A program made the position numbers and the translations under genes. This document shows, in pieces, positions 30,362-42,956 of a stretch of 64,000 nt of DNA. Positions within the stretch are counted from its first letter, which is position 1; each line of letters opens with the position of its first letter. The notes below the pieces were generated by a model. The model worked only from the letters and a program-made list of their open reading frames with translations, did no database searches and was not told where the DNA came from. The stretch comes from Tubulanus polymorphus (Eukaryota; Animalia; Nemertea), in the NCBI RefSeq assembly GCF_964204645.1, contig NC_134026.1, forward strand, positions 186,001 to 250,000, given 5' to 3'.

Positions 30362-31918
30362 GCGCATTAATACAACACTCAATCGTATGTTCATGTATAA
30401 CCTGTCAACAGACATATTCTTTAAGGATTAATTGCATTAGGAAATAAATGTACAAATACACAGATGAACACGTAATAAATATTGAAAATTGTTCCCTGAA
30501 GAGACATGAAAACTGTCGCTGACTAATACAAAATAGTAGCACCCAATTTATTGTCTAAATAGTTCTCTGACCATAATGCGATGTGTGTCGCGTTGATGAA
30601 ATCGACTGATAGTTTATACAGTATCTGAAGACGTCCCCGCGGGTCTGATATCAGCCATCGGTATCCACTATTGCTAATAACGTATCGTAACGTCGAAAAA
30701 CGACGTATTTGTATCAACTGTTAGATGTCAGATCACTAATCGAAAATGGATGACAGACATAGCGTACATGATCAAATTGCTGCGCCTATCATCAACCGAT
30801 TTATCTCACGTCAACCAATCGTGAGATTTTTTCATCCGTTACGAGGATAGATTTGCTCCCATCTTATTTTCCGTAATGTACAGCTTATATATCACCCGGC
30901 TCGATGTGTTTGTATAACTAAACGTCGAGGCTTATTGAAAATCGTCTGCTCCGGGGGCCCGCACGAGCGTTCGCTAAAATACACCACTATTCGGAGCATT
31001 GCGTGATTACCGTTTAAAAAGTTTCGTAAAAGCCACCGGCAAACATGTCATTTAGTCGTGTTAGCTCGTACGGCATGAACCTATAAGCTTCGAGAAGAAA
31101 GATGAAAGAAACAGCGTTGAACGTCGCAAAGTAAAATCATGGTGTATCCTGTTTCAAATAGGGGTTTAACGGAATCGCGACAAAACACTGTGACCCAGTT
31201 ACAAAAACCATTTCAATCAACTGATTTAAATTTCAATCAGTGATGAATTGAATTATTGATAAATATGAAACTCGAAACTCGTATTTTTTTTATTCGTTTG
31301 TCGGTTCATTATTCGTCCCTGTCGCGTCATTTTGTTTCTAGATTAATCCACCTGATAAATGCACACGGCTAGATTTCGATAAACAATTTAATAAAATAAC
31401 GCCATTCAACAGACGAGCGCGCGTAATTCTCTAAAGACCTATAAATTGTATTGCGTGCGACGGGTTTTAGTGAAAATTATATTAAGTAACTCCTAATGAT
31501 ATTTTATAATCGAGCCTATCCGATGATAGCGTTCAATTTCGCAAATTACTTCCTAATATTCGACGCTTTTTATTACCGTCGCTCGTTGACACGGAAAGGT
31601 AAAGATAAAAACGTCGTCCATCTATCTGTCTTCGTCTCGACTATTTGACAATCGACCAGCCATCAAATTATTATGTATCAAGCTATTTCCATCAGGCCCT
31701 CGTCTCCTCCACGATAATGCGTTACATCTACGCGTGGATTTAATTTCACTAAAAGATTTCCGACGATAGACAACCGTCACACGGTTATTCGATTGGGAGT
31801 TCGTTCGGTTAGGATGTCGACAGCTGAGTGTAAAACGAATCGGATAGGTCGATGACGATTTTCATTTCACGTATTGATAGATTTGCATATATACATATTA
31901 TTTTATATTCTCCCTCAG

Positions 31919-31946
31919 CAGGGATTCGAACCTGATGGCATCGAGA
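31919..31946 (-). mobile_element. SINE-like fragment (B-box family, copy 1)
   Basis: cagggattcgaacctgatggc, identical to 42758-42778; its reverse complement contains GGTTCGAATCC. Confidence 0.55.
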
Positions 31947-34296
31947 CTACCTCTTCCCGTTGCTGAGTAGACTAGTTTCCGGTGTCTCAGGCAACCAGTC
32001 AAACGCATAAATACAGTGCACTTGCATAATCTACCGTCTTTTTCTATAGATATTCAAATACATCAATAAGTCTCAATAGCCACGACTATCCCGTAATACA
32101 ACCAGTATAAGTGTTTATTTAGCGCTGATAACAGGGACAGAATTACTCAATAAGCGACGCAATAATATTTGACACGGGAAAATGAAGCGACTGCGAGTAA
32201 AAATCATCCAATAATTGCCTAGACAAGGGAAGTGCTTTTCTTCACCTGACTGCAGCTTGTTGAGCGGTTTCGACAAACATACTTGACGTTAGATTGGTCT
32301 GTACACAGAATCATAACAGATTTATAGCTGCGCAACATGAACGCTGTCCAGACTAACCGGAACTGAATGGTGCAGTTGACCTTGGATATTATGTTCTGTC
32401 TGTCTGGACGGCAAACTTTTCGTAATAAGCCGAAGCGGTAATCGGAGCCGACAATCAAACGCGCTAAAGTTCGATCTTACGCATTTCAGTGTCGGCCATT
32501 TTGGAACTAGACCGGAAGTACAGCGACCGCGGTCGAATATTTCCGGGCCGTAGTTCGCCCTGACCGAAGATGTGTTGTCCCTGTGTCTCATGGTTAGATC
32601 AGCTAAGCGTTGCTAATGCCGCGGCGATCGCCCGCTGGACGATCGACCTATTAAGCCACCGTGAAAGCTTACATAATTAACGCCACGTACAATTCTTCTC
32701 TCGGTTTTGCTGGGAATCGATGATCATTTGGTGACATTTAGAACCCGGATAGACGTCCATTATTAGCCCTACTTTTCTCATTAACGATACGTATATGCAT
32801 TTTATATCTGCACTCAGCTACGTTACATTAACACCGAGGCCACTCAGTAATCTTCACTTAACTTGGAAAAACAGCGTGTACCAGACAGAGGCCGAGTACC
32901 AGATATTTATCGTCAAGCGACTTTTTATCTACTGTTTGATACTAATTATCGTGCAAAAGAAGCCGGGAAATTGCTCCTAGAAGGATCCCCAACCCCCCAA
33001 AAAATATATCCTGCGCTCGAAATGCATAGTCAGTAAATTCATTAATAATCCTCCCTCTTACAGACTTCCTGGATCCACCTGGGATCGGTAACATTGGTCC
33101 GAGTAAGGTGAAAGTTCGAGTTAAGAATTGGAACCGAACAATAGGGTCAGAAAATAATTTGATTTTTTTCTACGAGTTGGTCAAAAGTCCGAGTTGGCCA
33201 TGTGTGATGTACTGTATTGCATTCGTGAACGTTACCTTTCAGCTTTTACTGACGTTCACGGATTCTAGTAATGGATTTCAGATATTTTGGTGGATTTACT
33301 TTGTGCTCCAAATTTTCATTCCTTGATTGTTTTTTGTCCGACCCGTCTTCCGCTGGATGAATCGTGACTAATTTTTCTCTGATTCTCGATTTCGTGATCT
33401 AAAGCACGTTTGCTTTGATTCGAAGTTTCGTGTGATAAACAGTAATTTAGATTTTTCCCTCTAAACTAGATTGAAGACTGTGTATGTATGTAAACATGGA
33501 GCGGTGCACAAAGGAAAGTGAATTTATATACGTCACACGTAATGCTCGGATCAGATGTAGATCCGTCATCAAAACACCGGCGCCTGCCGAAACGTCTTAA
33601 GCGTTGTCGACGTTTTTGAAATTCGCGAAGAGAAAATATCAGGCGTTCAGTTCTCCCCAAGGCAAAACTCTCCCGCTAAAGTAAAACATAAACGATTTCC
33701 TTTAATTTCCAGAAGCCGATCTGTTTGTTTGCGATTCTCTCTTCGGCGAGACAATATTATACCGAATTTGATTCGTTCTAGTCTGCGGAGTCTGCGTACA
33801 CATACACACACGTACACACGTTTTTCGCTATCGATGAATCGACGGGATTCGCAATTTCACGCTTCTCTAGACACACATTCCCAATGCGTGCAGTGATAAA
33901 CTCTCGAGACATTCGCGATTATTTGCAGCATTTTGCGACGAAATTGCGTGTCACAAACTGAGTTCGTTCGTCCGTGTGCTGTATCGTGTATAGTGTCCGG
34001 TGAAGCAGGAATCTATAGTTTGATACTCGTCACGCTACGCGATTAAATGACCCGTTTCCTCAGATACTTCAGGTTCACGCAATGGATTTTAACAAGCGAT
34101 GCTTGGTTTACCGCATTATGTGGGAGAGAGAGGAGGTGGTACTTATACAATTCCTTGTGTAGGGATTACTCAAATGAGGAAAAATTGATCCGATGAGGTC
34201 TGACGTCATAACCATCAATCCGTCAACAACTAGAGATTTGTGTTTTTATTTTTCAAGGATGAATACACATAAAAAACCGCAATGACAGAAGCTTCG

Positions 34297-34371
34297 CTCG
34301 GCAAACTCGGCAAACCCGGCAAACTCGGAAAACCCGGCAAACTCGGCAAACTCGGCAAACTCGGCAAACTC
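34297..34371. repeat. 9-bp tandem repeat CTCGGCAAA, about 8 units
   Basis: Read directly. Confidence 0.9.
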
Positions 34372-35784
34372 TTAACGATTTCCTATATATCGGTATCAAA
34401 AAGCAAAAATAACCGATTCTGGGTTTAGAACGAACGCTATTCATTGTAATACGAGCGCTCCAGGGGAGGATGATCCAGAACCGGTTGTGTCTTGGAGTAA
34501 TCATCTGGAAGTCGGATGATTACTCCAGGGTTGTATAGGTATATACTACGGTCGAGAAATTGGGTGCCAGTTTAAATAGATCACTAATTATTTTCTACAC
34601 GTTTAATAGAACCACTCGTCAATACACCATAAATAGCCGCGATAGAGTATAAATACATGTCAGTTTTGTCTCGACGCCCCTTTTTGCTGATTAGTGTCAT
34701 TTTCTGTTGGTTTTACAATCAGAAGTCACCATTGAATCCACCTCTGCGCTCAAGAATATTTTACCAAATTTGTTAATTCCCCAACTAGCTCCACAAACTC
34801 TTTCGAAGTTTAAAAGTTCTCAATCGTGTCGCGGAGTTGCTAATAATTATACACATCACGCTTGCTAGTTTTAATTTGATAGGGGTATCTCTTTCTTCCT
34901 CTTTATCAGTCATAAAAACCTCAATTAAGATGGGCAATAACTGAGTGTTATTCAGCAGAGACGTGCGATCATGCGATTACACGCTTGTTATAATTCTCAC
35001 GAAGTCTTTTCACGCTGATATTTTCCGAGATCATCAAAGATGATTTGTCCACGAGGAGTAGTAATTTAACTCGTCTTGTTCCTATTTGATCTCTCAATCT
35101 GTCAATTAATTCGGTTCGTGCGTTGATTACGTCCTTCTCCGACCACTTCACGCCGCATTAGCGCCGAACCTCTGATGAGCGAGCGCTCGAAAAAAATGAC
35201 CTCCACCTTTGTGCAGTTTTTATCCCCGGTGTTGTTCTACAGCGCACCTGCTACCTTAGTTGTATATTACCCATCATAGAAACATGTAATACGTTATAAC
35301 ATTATCGTTATTCACCTTCGGAATGAAAAAGTAATTTAGTTCAATCAATAAAAAGAATGTCGAATCTGTCGCATACTTTCAGCGATGTGTGTATAATATT
35401 TGTGTATCTGAGCGCTGGATTCATCATCTCGTCGAAAACAGGAAGTTGTACGGGTTTTCTGGTGGCATTTCACGACGCCGTCGCGAAACTGTAGCAAATA
35501 CTCGAGAAGGAAATTGAAGCACGGAAATTACCCTTCAATAACGCGTTAAAGCGACCGCATTGGATCACCGAGGATTTCTTTGACCGATTAGGTGCGAGAA
35601 AATACGACATTTAGGTTTTAAGATGAATTTTCTTTTCATTTTAACCCAAATACTATACGCGGTCCAAAATGGCCGTGTTGTAAACTGTGTATCGATAAAG
35701 CGATTGAAGCCTGTTACTATCGGCTCGAATTCATCGACCACAGGGACTTATTGTCACGTTTGATAGTGAATGGATAAAACCAGT

Positions 35785-35850
35785 ATCAATGACCAACCCC
35801 AGTGGATCAATTTCCAACCCCAGTGGATCAATGACCAACCCCAGTGGATC
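35785..35850. repeat. 21-bp tandem repeat x3
   Basis: atcaatgaccaaccccagtgg. Confidence 0.85.
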
Positions 35851-36847
35851 CCTATATAAGGAGAACAGTTCAAGGGCCGGATCGATATTACCAGACAACA
35901 AATATTTCAATTTTCCTGAGACTTTCAAATATTACCCAATAACAAATCAATCAAATCGTAAAACATCTGGCAATATTAGAGGATGTCGTATTGTATGTAA
36001 ATCATATACGACGCCTTCATCCAAATCAACACTACAAGATGATACGTAGTTCTTCTTTTAGTTATCAAGGTTTTATTTTGAATGAAAATAAGGCAAGATG
36101 TAGTTGAGATGTGGGTATTATTCGCTTTATTTACTCAGGAGATACCTACTCTAACGTGCAATGTGTTTATACGGGAATCGAAGACGCGTCAAAAATCTCG
36201 GTCGGATATTCGACCACCAAAACAGCGTTTCAAATTTTCAGTAGAAAAACTAGTTTTTATTAGAAAGAGATGCCGTTATTGCAAATTGATTTTTTGGAAT
36301 TATCCTTGATTGAAGTTATCTCTCTTGTGACTCTCGTCGACATCGATGCAAAGTCAATGTAAAAACGTGACTAGTTCGACTAGATAACGATGTCCCCGGG
36401 CTGTGAACTATCTGTGAATTAAACGATACCTGTAGTACATTACGGGACCTACAGCGATGACGTCAGGCTACATTTCAAGAATCGATACAATACAATAATA
36501 CTATAGACTATCCTCTCAGGATACGAGATCTGTTGTTTGTGCCCCCCCCCTCGCATCTCGTTTCTAGTGAGAGAGAATCAAATCAAATATATTCTAATGG
36601 TGAAATCAGAAATGTCTTGTATCCAGAGTCAGGATATTATTCCAACGTGAAATCTAGTAATATACCCCAACGGTATATTGTCAGTAGTTTATAGGAACAC
36701 GCGCCACCATTGCTATCATTTACAAACAAATGTATATTCATCATATCCCTTTCGTTTCATTTAACGTGGCATATGATATATTGTATATTGACAATTTTAA
36801 TTGTGATTGCCTTGCAAATTCGTATTTACTGTACTGAAAGTTAGATT

Positions 36848-36893
36848 GATTTCATATGTATATATATATATATATATATATACATATGAAATC
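36848..36893. repeat. Perfect palindrome centred on (TA)n
   Basis: gatttcatatg-(TA)n-catatgaaatc. Confidence 0.88.
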
Positions 36894-36903
36894 TAGTAAT
36901 ATA

Positions 36904-37118
<215 letters not shown>

Positions 37119-38206
37119 ATGGCATACGGGAGAGTGAGAGAGCGAGAGACAGGGTGAACCTACTTACTTCCGTAGCGGTGTAAAAGCATTAACGAAATAC
37201 AGCGAGAATCTTATCACGAGGAACGTGCCGTGAAAATTACATTTGTGACGGAGAACGAAAAACTGAATTCGTCGTCGAAGATAACATAGCGTCTTATAGA
37301 GAGAGAGGGGGAGAGAGAGGGAGAGAGCGTGTATTGAGAGAAACAGTAGAAATGAAATAAAACCACAGCTAGAGAGTAATGAGATACGGGATATCTCGTC
37401 GATTGTTCAGAAATACAAACAAATGGGACTTTTTTGTCGGTGAATTTACGACTGCGCCTACAGTAGGCCCTCGATGCTGCTACTTGCCACCGAATTCGCG
37501 ATATTTCTATCTGACACGGAGGTTTTGTCACAATTTTTCTCGATAAGTCTTCAATGAGTAACTTTGTGTCAGTCAGTCGTACCACTACATCTAAGGTTGG
37601 GTTGACGAGCTGCGGATACTGAATTACTGATTGTCCTTACTTGAACTGGTCGGAATCATTATGATATTCCAGGATAGTGGATACAGTCAGTTGGTTTACT
37701 AATGAGTATCAATCAACCTATATAGATTGATATCCACATTTGCATACATGTATTAACAATGTTTTTACCCCATCGTCAAAAAAGTATAAAAACCGCGGAA
37801 ATTGATTTCGCTATACGCATTATGTCAATACTTTAGTCCACAGCTGGTGTTTCCACCAATTCAGAAATACACATTCATCATTTAATTCTGAACGATCCAT
37901 GCGACTGTGATGGTTCGGTAGTTAGTTTATTTAAAATGAATAATTGAGTTTTTGTGCGTTGGATTTTTGTCTTGTTAAAACGTTGCACACAAGGTACATT
38001 GACACATTGATAGGATAGATACTTCAAGGCCTACAAGGTAAGTGAACAATCTAGGGATGTTTTTACATTTACAGTCAACCCCGATAAACCGCCCACATTG
38101 GCGATCTATGATTTTGGCAGTATATTAGGGTTGATATTTGCCCCCAGATCCCTATGACCAGTCGAGTAAGTGGTTGACTGGTCGCCGCAGGATTTCATAT
38201 CATTTA

Positions 38207-38357
38207 CAAGGGCGTCCCATGGGCGCCCTAGGGGGTTTGTTAATCGAATGAAGCCCCTTTTTGAATTTTCAAACATCGACGAACGTCGGCACATGGTCTG
38301 CATTTGCTAAATTAGCTAAATGAAATCGATCCCCAAAAAATCCTGGGGACGCCCATG
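38207..38357. mobile_element. Small MITE with GC-rich TIRs
   Basis: CAAGGGCGTCCC...GGGACGCCCATG (11/12 inverted match), flanked by ATTTA on both sides. Confidence 0.6.
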
Positions 38358-41300
38358 ATTTAGTAGTTAACACTAGGTATTAGGCAATCGAATATCCCTA
38401 AGTACATTAAACAAAGGAACCACGTTATCTAAATACAGTAAAAACCGTCGTAGTTCCAACCATGATAACAACATTATCGGAAATTTGATAGATTTGAAAT
38501 TTGAGTTTTTCGTGTTTTCGAACTGTTTGAAAAAACAATTAGCGTAAATCAATACAACTTATGAAACATATATGAAACACGCACGAATATACTTGTTTAT
38601 AATTTTAAATATCGTATTCAATTCCTGATCGATCTTAACACGACGTTATGACTTACGGATCATATTACGGTTTTGTTACCAGCTGTTCAATATCAAATTT
38701 CATCACTTTTTCAAGGGAATATCTGTCCATCATAATTCTGGCAATAATAAGGACCCCCGTTCCCAAGCCGGGTCCCCAGCTATCCCCTAAACGGCGCGCA
38801 TTTCAATACGACAATGAGATATTGTGGATAGATTTTAATTGGGTCCGAGTCCGAGTCCGATTGCGCACTAGCGACACCTAGTGGATCCTCGCTTGCCACA
38901 AGCGGAATCATCGATTACAGCAGGCGAACGTAGAGTTCTTTTGCAAAGATATCCTCAAGATTGTTGTTTGTTTTCGTTAGAATCAGCCGCGTTTGAGAAT
39001 AGCTTTTCACTACTCGTTTTTATCGCTGCCGATTCAAATGTAGAATTGTCGGCCACGCGAAAAGAAAACGCAGTTTTTTAATGCCGTCAATCGCGACGCA
39101 ATTCCTAGAAAAGAACCAGGATAGAAAAGGAATTCATATTGCTTCGATTGATTGCGGAGAAATTGCTAATTGATTTCCCCCGAAGAGATATCGATATCGA
39201 GAGCAGCCCTCCCTTTCAATTAAAATATCACTAGTTTTTCGAAATTGAAAAAAAAAGATTCAAAGCGTCGTTGATTGCTTAGCGGGCGTTAAATCCTAGC
39301 ATTTCCATCATCAAATCTTGAAGATGCAGTTATTACTGTAGTTAAAAATTTCATCGACTCGCTCGTAAACTATCACTGAGGTCAATGAATTCTTGTAAAC
39401 ATCACAGAACATATCATAAAAATTCAAAAAACTAAAAACGAAATTGATTTTAAGTTAAGATTTAAAAAAATTAAAAGACGCAATGTTTTGGACTCTTTTC
39501 AGACCATCGCCAGGTATATAGTATTTTCTATGAATGAATTTATTTTTGTTTAATCTTAATAAGTTGGTTTCAATTCTATCGTCTCCGCCTGGGTATTCTA
39601 CCATCTGTAGAATGAAACCTGTATTTAGGCGTATTTTCAGCGACGAATTTAGAAGAACACATAAAAAAGAAATAACCGGTAAAATAACATCACTCGAATC
39701 GTCTTAGTTTTCAAGTTGTCTCCCGGGGATATCGAGGAAAACATCTGAACGCGTCGAGAGTTAGTTCGAAAAGGTTATTTCCGTGGAAGTAATACCAGGT
39801 AAAATGAGGGAATAATGACGAAGCCAATTTCTCTACTTTAGTCATGAAAGCATAATAATGAATAATGTGTTGGCGCGCCGTTCTTTTCGCAATGATATCT
39901 CAATTCACGTTGCTGTTAAATAATCATTGAATTGCGACTAGGATAAATATGACTCGTGGGCCTAATGAAATATGCAGTTTGTTTTTATCATCAACTTTGT
40001 TCATTCGCGATGTTGAACACAACAACAACAAAATCGCCAAATACATCTTATAAATGTAGATACATGCATTAGATCGAGTGAGCCTCGGGGAATGATAAAC
40101 ATTACTATGGGCGGTTCTACGGTTTTTTTTTGGAAAAATAGTTAGTTATTTCTGATAATGTATTTTTGATGGAAATGCCACTCATAGTTGCTATTATTAC
40201 CATATTGCCATTTTGATCCGATGTCAGAATTCACGAGTCCAGTAATTGCTATGACGTTTTTTTCTCGTACCAGTGCCATCACGTCATCTACTTCGTGATT
40301 ATGTCATTGTTGATGGGGAAGGGTTCACCGCGGAATATGTTACGGATGCATTCCTCGATCTCTTCGACATCGCCCTCACTGAAAGCTTTCGTTAATGACT
40401 TCGGCTTTTGATTCACGCGCTTAAAGCTTCGCAATTTTTTCGCCGGTCGAGATCTATTTCGTCTCGCGCGGCGCACATCACCGAGCTGGCCCCGCCGAAG
40501 AAATTTACGATCAGTATACAGTTTCTGTTCGGCTTCACCGACAGCGACGGTAATTTTGACGCGAGGTTTGTTAATCGCGCCGGGAAACGGCAGGATAAAA
40601 GCGATAGATCGAGGAGTAACGGTTTTTAATTATCACGTTCCTAAACAATAATAAAGTGCTGGTTGCAGTTTCTAAAACGGAGCGCACACATTTGATCAGA
40701 CGATCAGAGCGATGTTTGGCCCAGTAATACCTCGAACCCGTTCAAGAGAACAATGTCTCGTCATTACCGGCTGTTGTGCGCTGTTTACTAATGTACGAGT
40801 CCGATATAAATCCAATCTGTAAAATGATTGACCGATACTACTTGTGTTATCGACGGAATATACGCATGATGAATTACCCTCAGACCAATCCATCGGTCTC
40901 ATCGATAAACGAACAAATTATGTATTTCATATATAAGCAATCGTGCGTATAGTACGCTTAGATGAATCTATAGTCATCTGCCTTGTAAATATAAATCGAA
41001 CGGAAGATTTTCCGAATCGTGCACGCCTTCGCTTGTGTCACCTCCCTATAAACACTGTTGTACTATTTGCAAACAGCTTAGAACAATCGCATTTTACTGT
41101 AGCGTTTGTTCCCACGCATTGTGTTGGTCTAGTAGTATTTTTCTCTATAACCACGATTACTCGAATACAAATTGCGAATAGCGATCGAAATCATGTAAAA
41201 CACGGCCGCCGGGTATAATGTTTCTTACAATCATCTTCATGAGCAAAAAATTCCCCAACCGTCGCATATTTTGCAGATTGTGAGAGGGAGAGGGAGAGAA

Positions 41301-41379
41301 GAGTTCGTGGGACTGATTATTCAGTACATGGCAGCAAACACACGGTGCATTTGTGGAATGTCAAAACAAATATTCACAA

Positions 41380-42016
41380 ATACCTCTTCCAGACGGGTCC
41401 CGGCGTCAACTTAATTGTCGATATCACAAAAATAGTTCTTCCACAGACGGGGCCCGGCGTCAACGTAACTCTCGATATCACAAGAATACCTCTTCCAGAC
41501 TCAGGGCCCGGCGTCAACGTAACTCTCGATATCACAAAAATACCTCTTCCAGACTCAGGGCCCGGCGTCAACGTAACTCTTGATATCACAAAAATATGTC
41601 TTCCAGACTCAGGGCCCGGCGTCAACGTAACTCTCGATATCACAAAAATATGTCTTCCAGACTCAGGGCCCGGCGTCAACGTAACTCTCGATATCACAAA
41701 AATATGTCTTCCAGACTCAGGGCCCGGCGTCAACGTAACTCTCGATATCACAAAAATATGTCTTCCAGACTCAGGGCCCGGCGTCAACGTGACTCCTCTT
41801 CCAGACTCAGGGCCCGGCGTCAACGTAACTCTCGATATCACAAAAATACCTCTTCCAGACTCAGGGCCCGGCGTCAACGTAACTCTCGATATCACAAAAA
41901 TATGTCTTCCAGACTCAGGGCCCGGCGTCAACTTGACTCCTCTTCCAGACCGTGGGTCCCGGCATCAACGTCACTCCTCTTCCGGACGGGGCCCGGCGTC
42001 AACTTAATTCTCGATA
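41380..42016. repeat. 54-bp minisatellite with shorter deletion-derived units
   Basis: cttccagactcagggcccggcgtcaacgtaactctcgatatcacaaaaata..; period 54 (caac at 41407, 41461, 41515); the end units are diverged. Confidence 0.95.
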
Positions 42017-42757
42017 TTATGTAACTTATTTCTTTTTATCAAAATACGTCGATTTTGGCAGCGACTGAACTAAAGCCGGAATTGAAAATGTTGGGTTTCA
42101 TCGTATTTTTAAAGGATAACACGTCACTCGTATTGTTTACACGCGTCATACTGGACGTTCAACCAGCATCCTGTAGTGTCTCCACAGTGATCTACGTCGT
42201 TCTACAGTCCTAGTGTACCCATAGTGTTCTTCGTGAAACGGGACGTAAATGGCAGTGACACGCTGTGACGTCAGGTACCATGGCCTCATAGGAAATATGC
42301 ATTAAAGATACATGTCCGAAAAATCGCGTCAGAGTCCGAGTCTCAGAAGTCCGTCCGGGCGCCGAGCCCGAAATCCAGATCCGGCTTTTTTCCACAAAAA
42401 TCGCGGAGATGATTCTCTCAGTAGATGCGTACATTTTTCAAAATGAAGTGTCGTCTTTCTTGTCTTTCCGCGCAGCTGCAACCCGGCAGAAAACATAATG
42501 AAAACCTTTCATTCTTTTAGAATAAATTGGCGACTCGAATTATGACAACGCACTCGTTATGTTAGTTCTATTCAGGGTGACGTCTGTAGTGTTCTAGAAA
42601 TGGAATTACTAATTGGACCCCAGGCAACTGAGAGTATAGCGTTTCTCCATCCCACGCATCGTCAAATATAGATAGTAGAATATCTCTAAATGTGCTAATA
42701 AAGCCTGGGAGGTTTACCGTAAATCATGGTCTGATCCGAGTCACCTTCCTTGTTTGG

Positions 42758-42956
42758 CAGGGATTCGAACCTGATGGCGTAGTGAGACTCGGCCACGGTA
42801 CAAATAGAAGCAACTCGGCTCTATCCATGCATTTGCCTGATGCGCTGATTTGCTAGTTGCGCAAAAGCTGCGCAACTATAAGGGCGCTTGACCTGGGTCT
42901 GCGGGATGGCTTCGTGCCTATAGCAGCGCGTCTCCGCCATTAGGTTCGAATCCCTG
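42758..42956. mobile_element. Divergent pair of SINE-like B-box fragments (copies 2 and 3)
   Basis: 42758-42779 and 42935-42956 are inverted copies (21/22 match), each with the Pol III B-box. Confidence 0.55.

Noticed and set aside
28161-30447. Two near-identical small ORFs (MSDIIKKF...) resembling a duplicated gene
   Set aside because: They are the two arms of the inverted-repeat element, with no recognisable protein features.
35172-35192. CTGATGA...GAAA hammerhead core candidates (also 6666-6682 minus, 16487 and 30496)
   Set aside because: Stem II is imperfect or GAAA is missing, and there are no stems I/III.
39474-39515. Penelope-type hammerhead-like motif on the minus strand (CTGGCGA...AAAAC..GTC)
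   Set aside because: Both catalytic boxes deviate from CTGANGA/GAAA and stem I cannot be formed; at most a dead relic.
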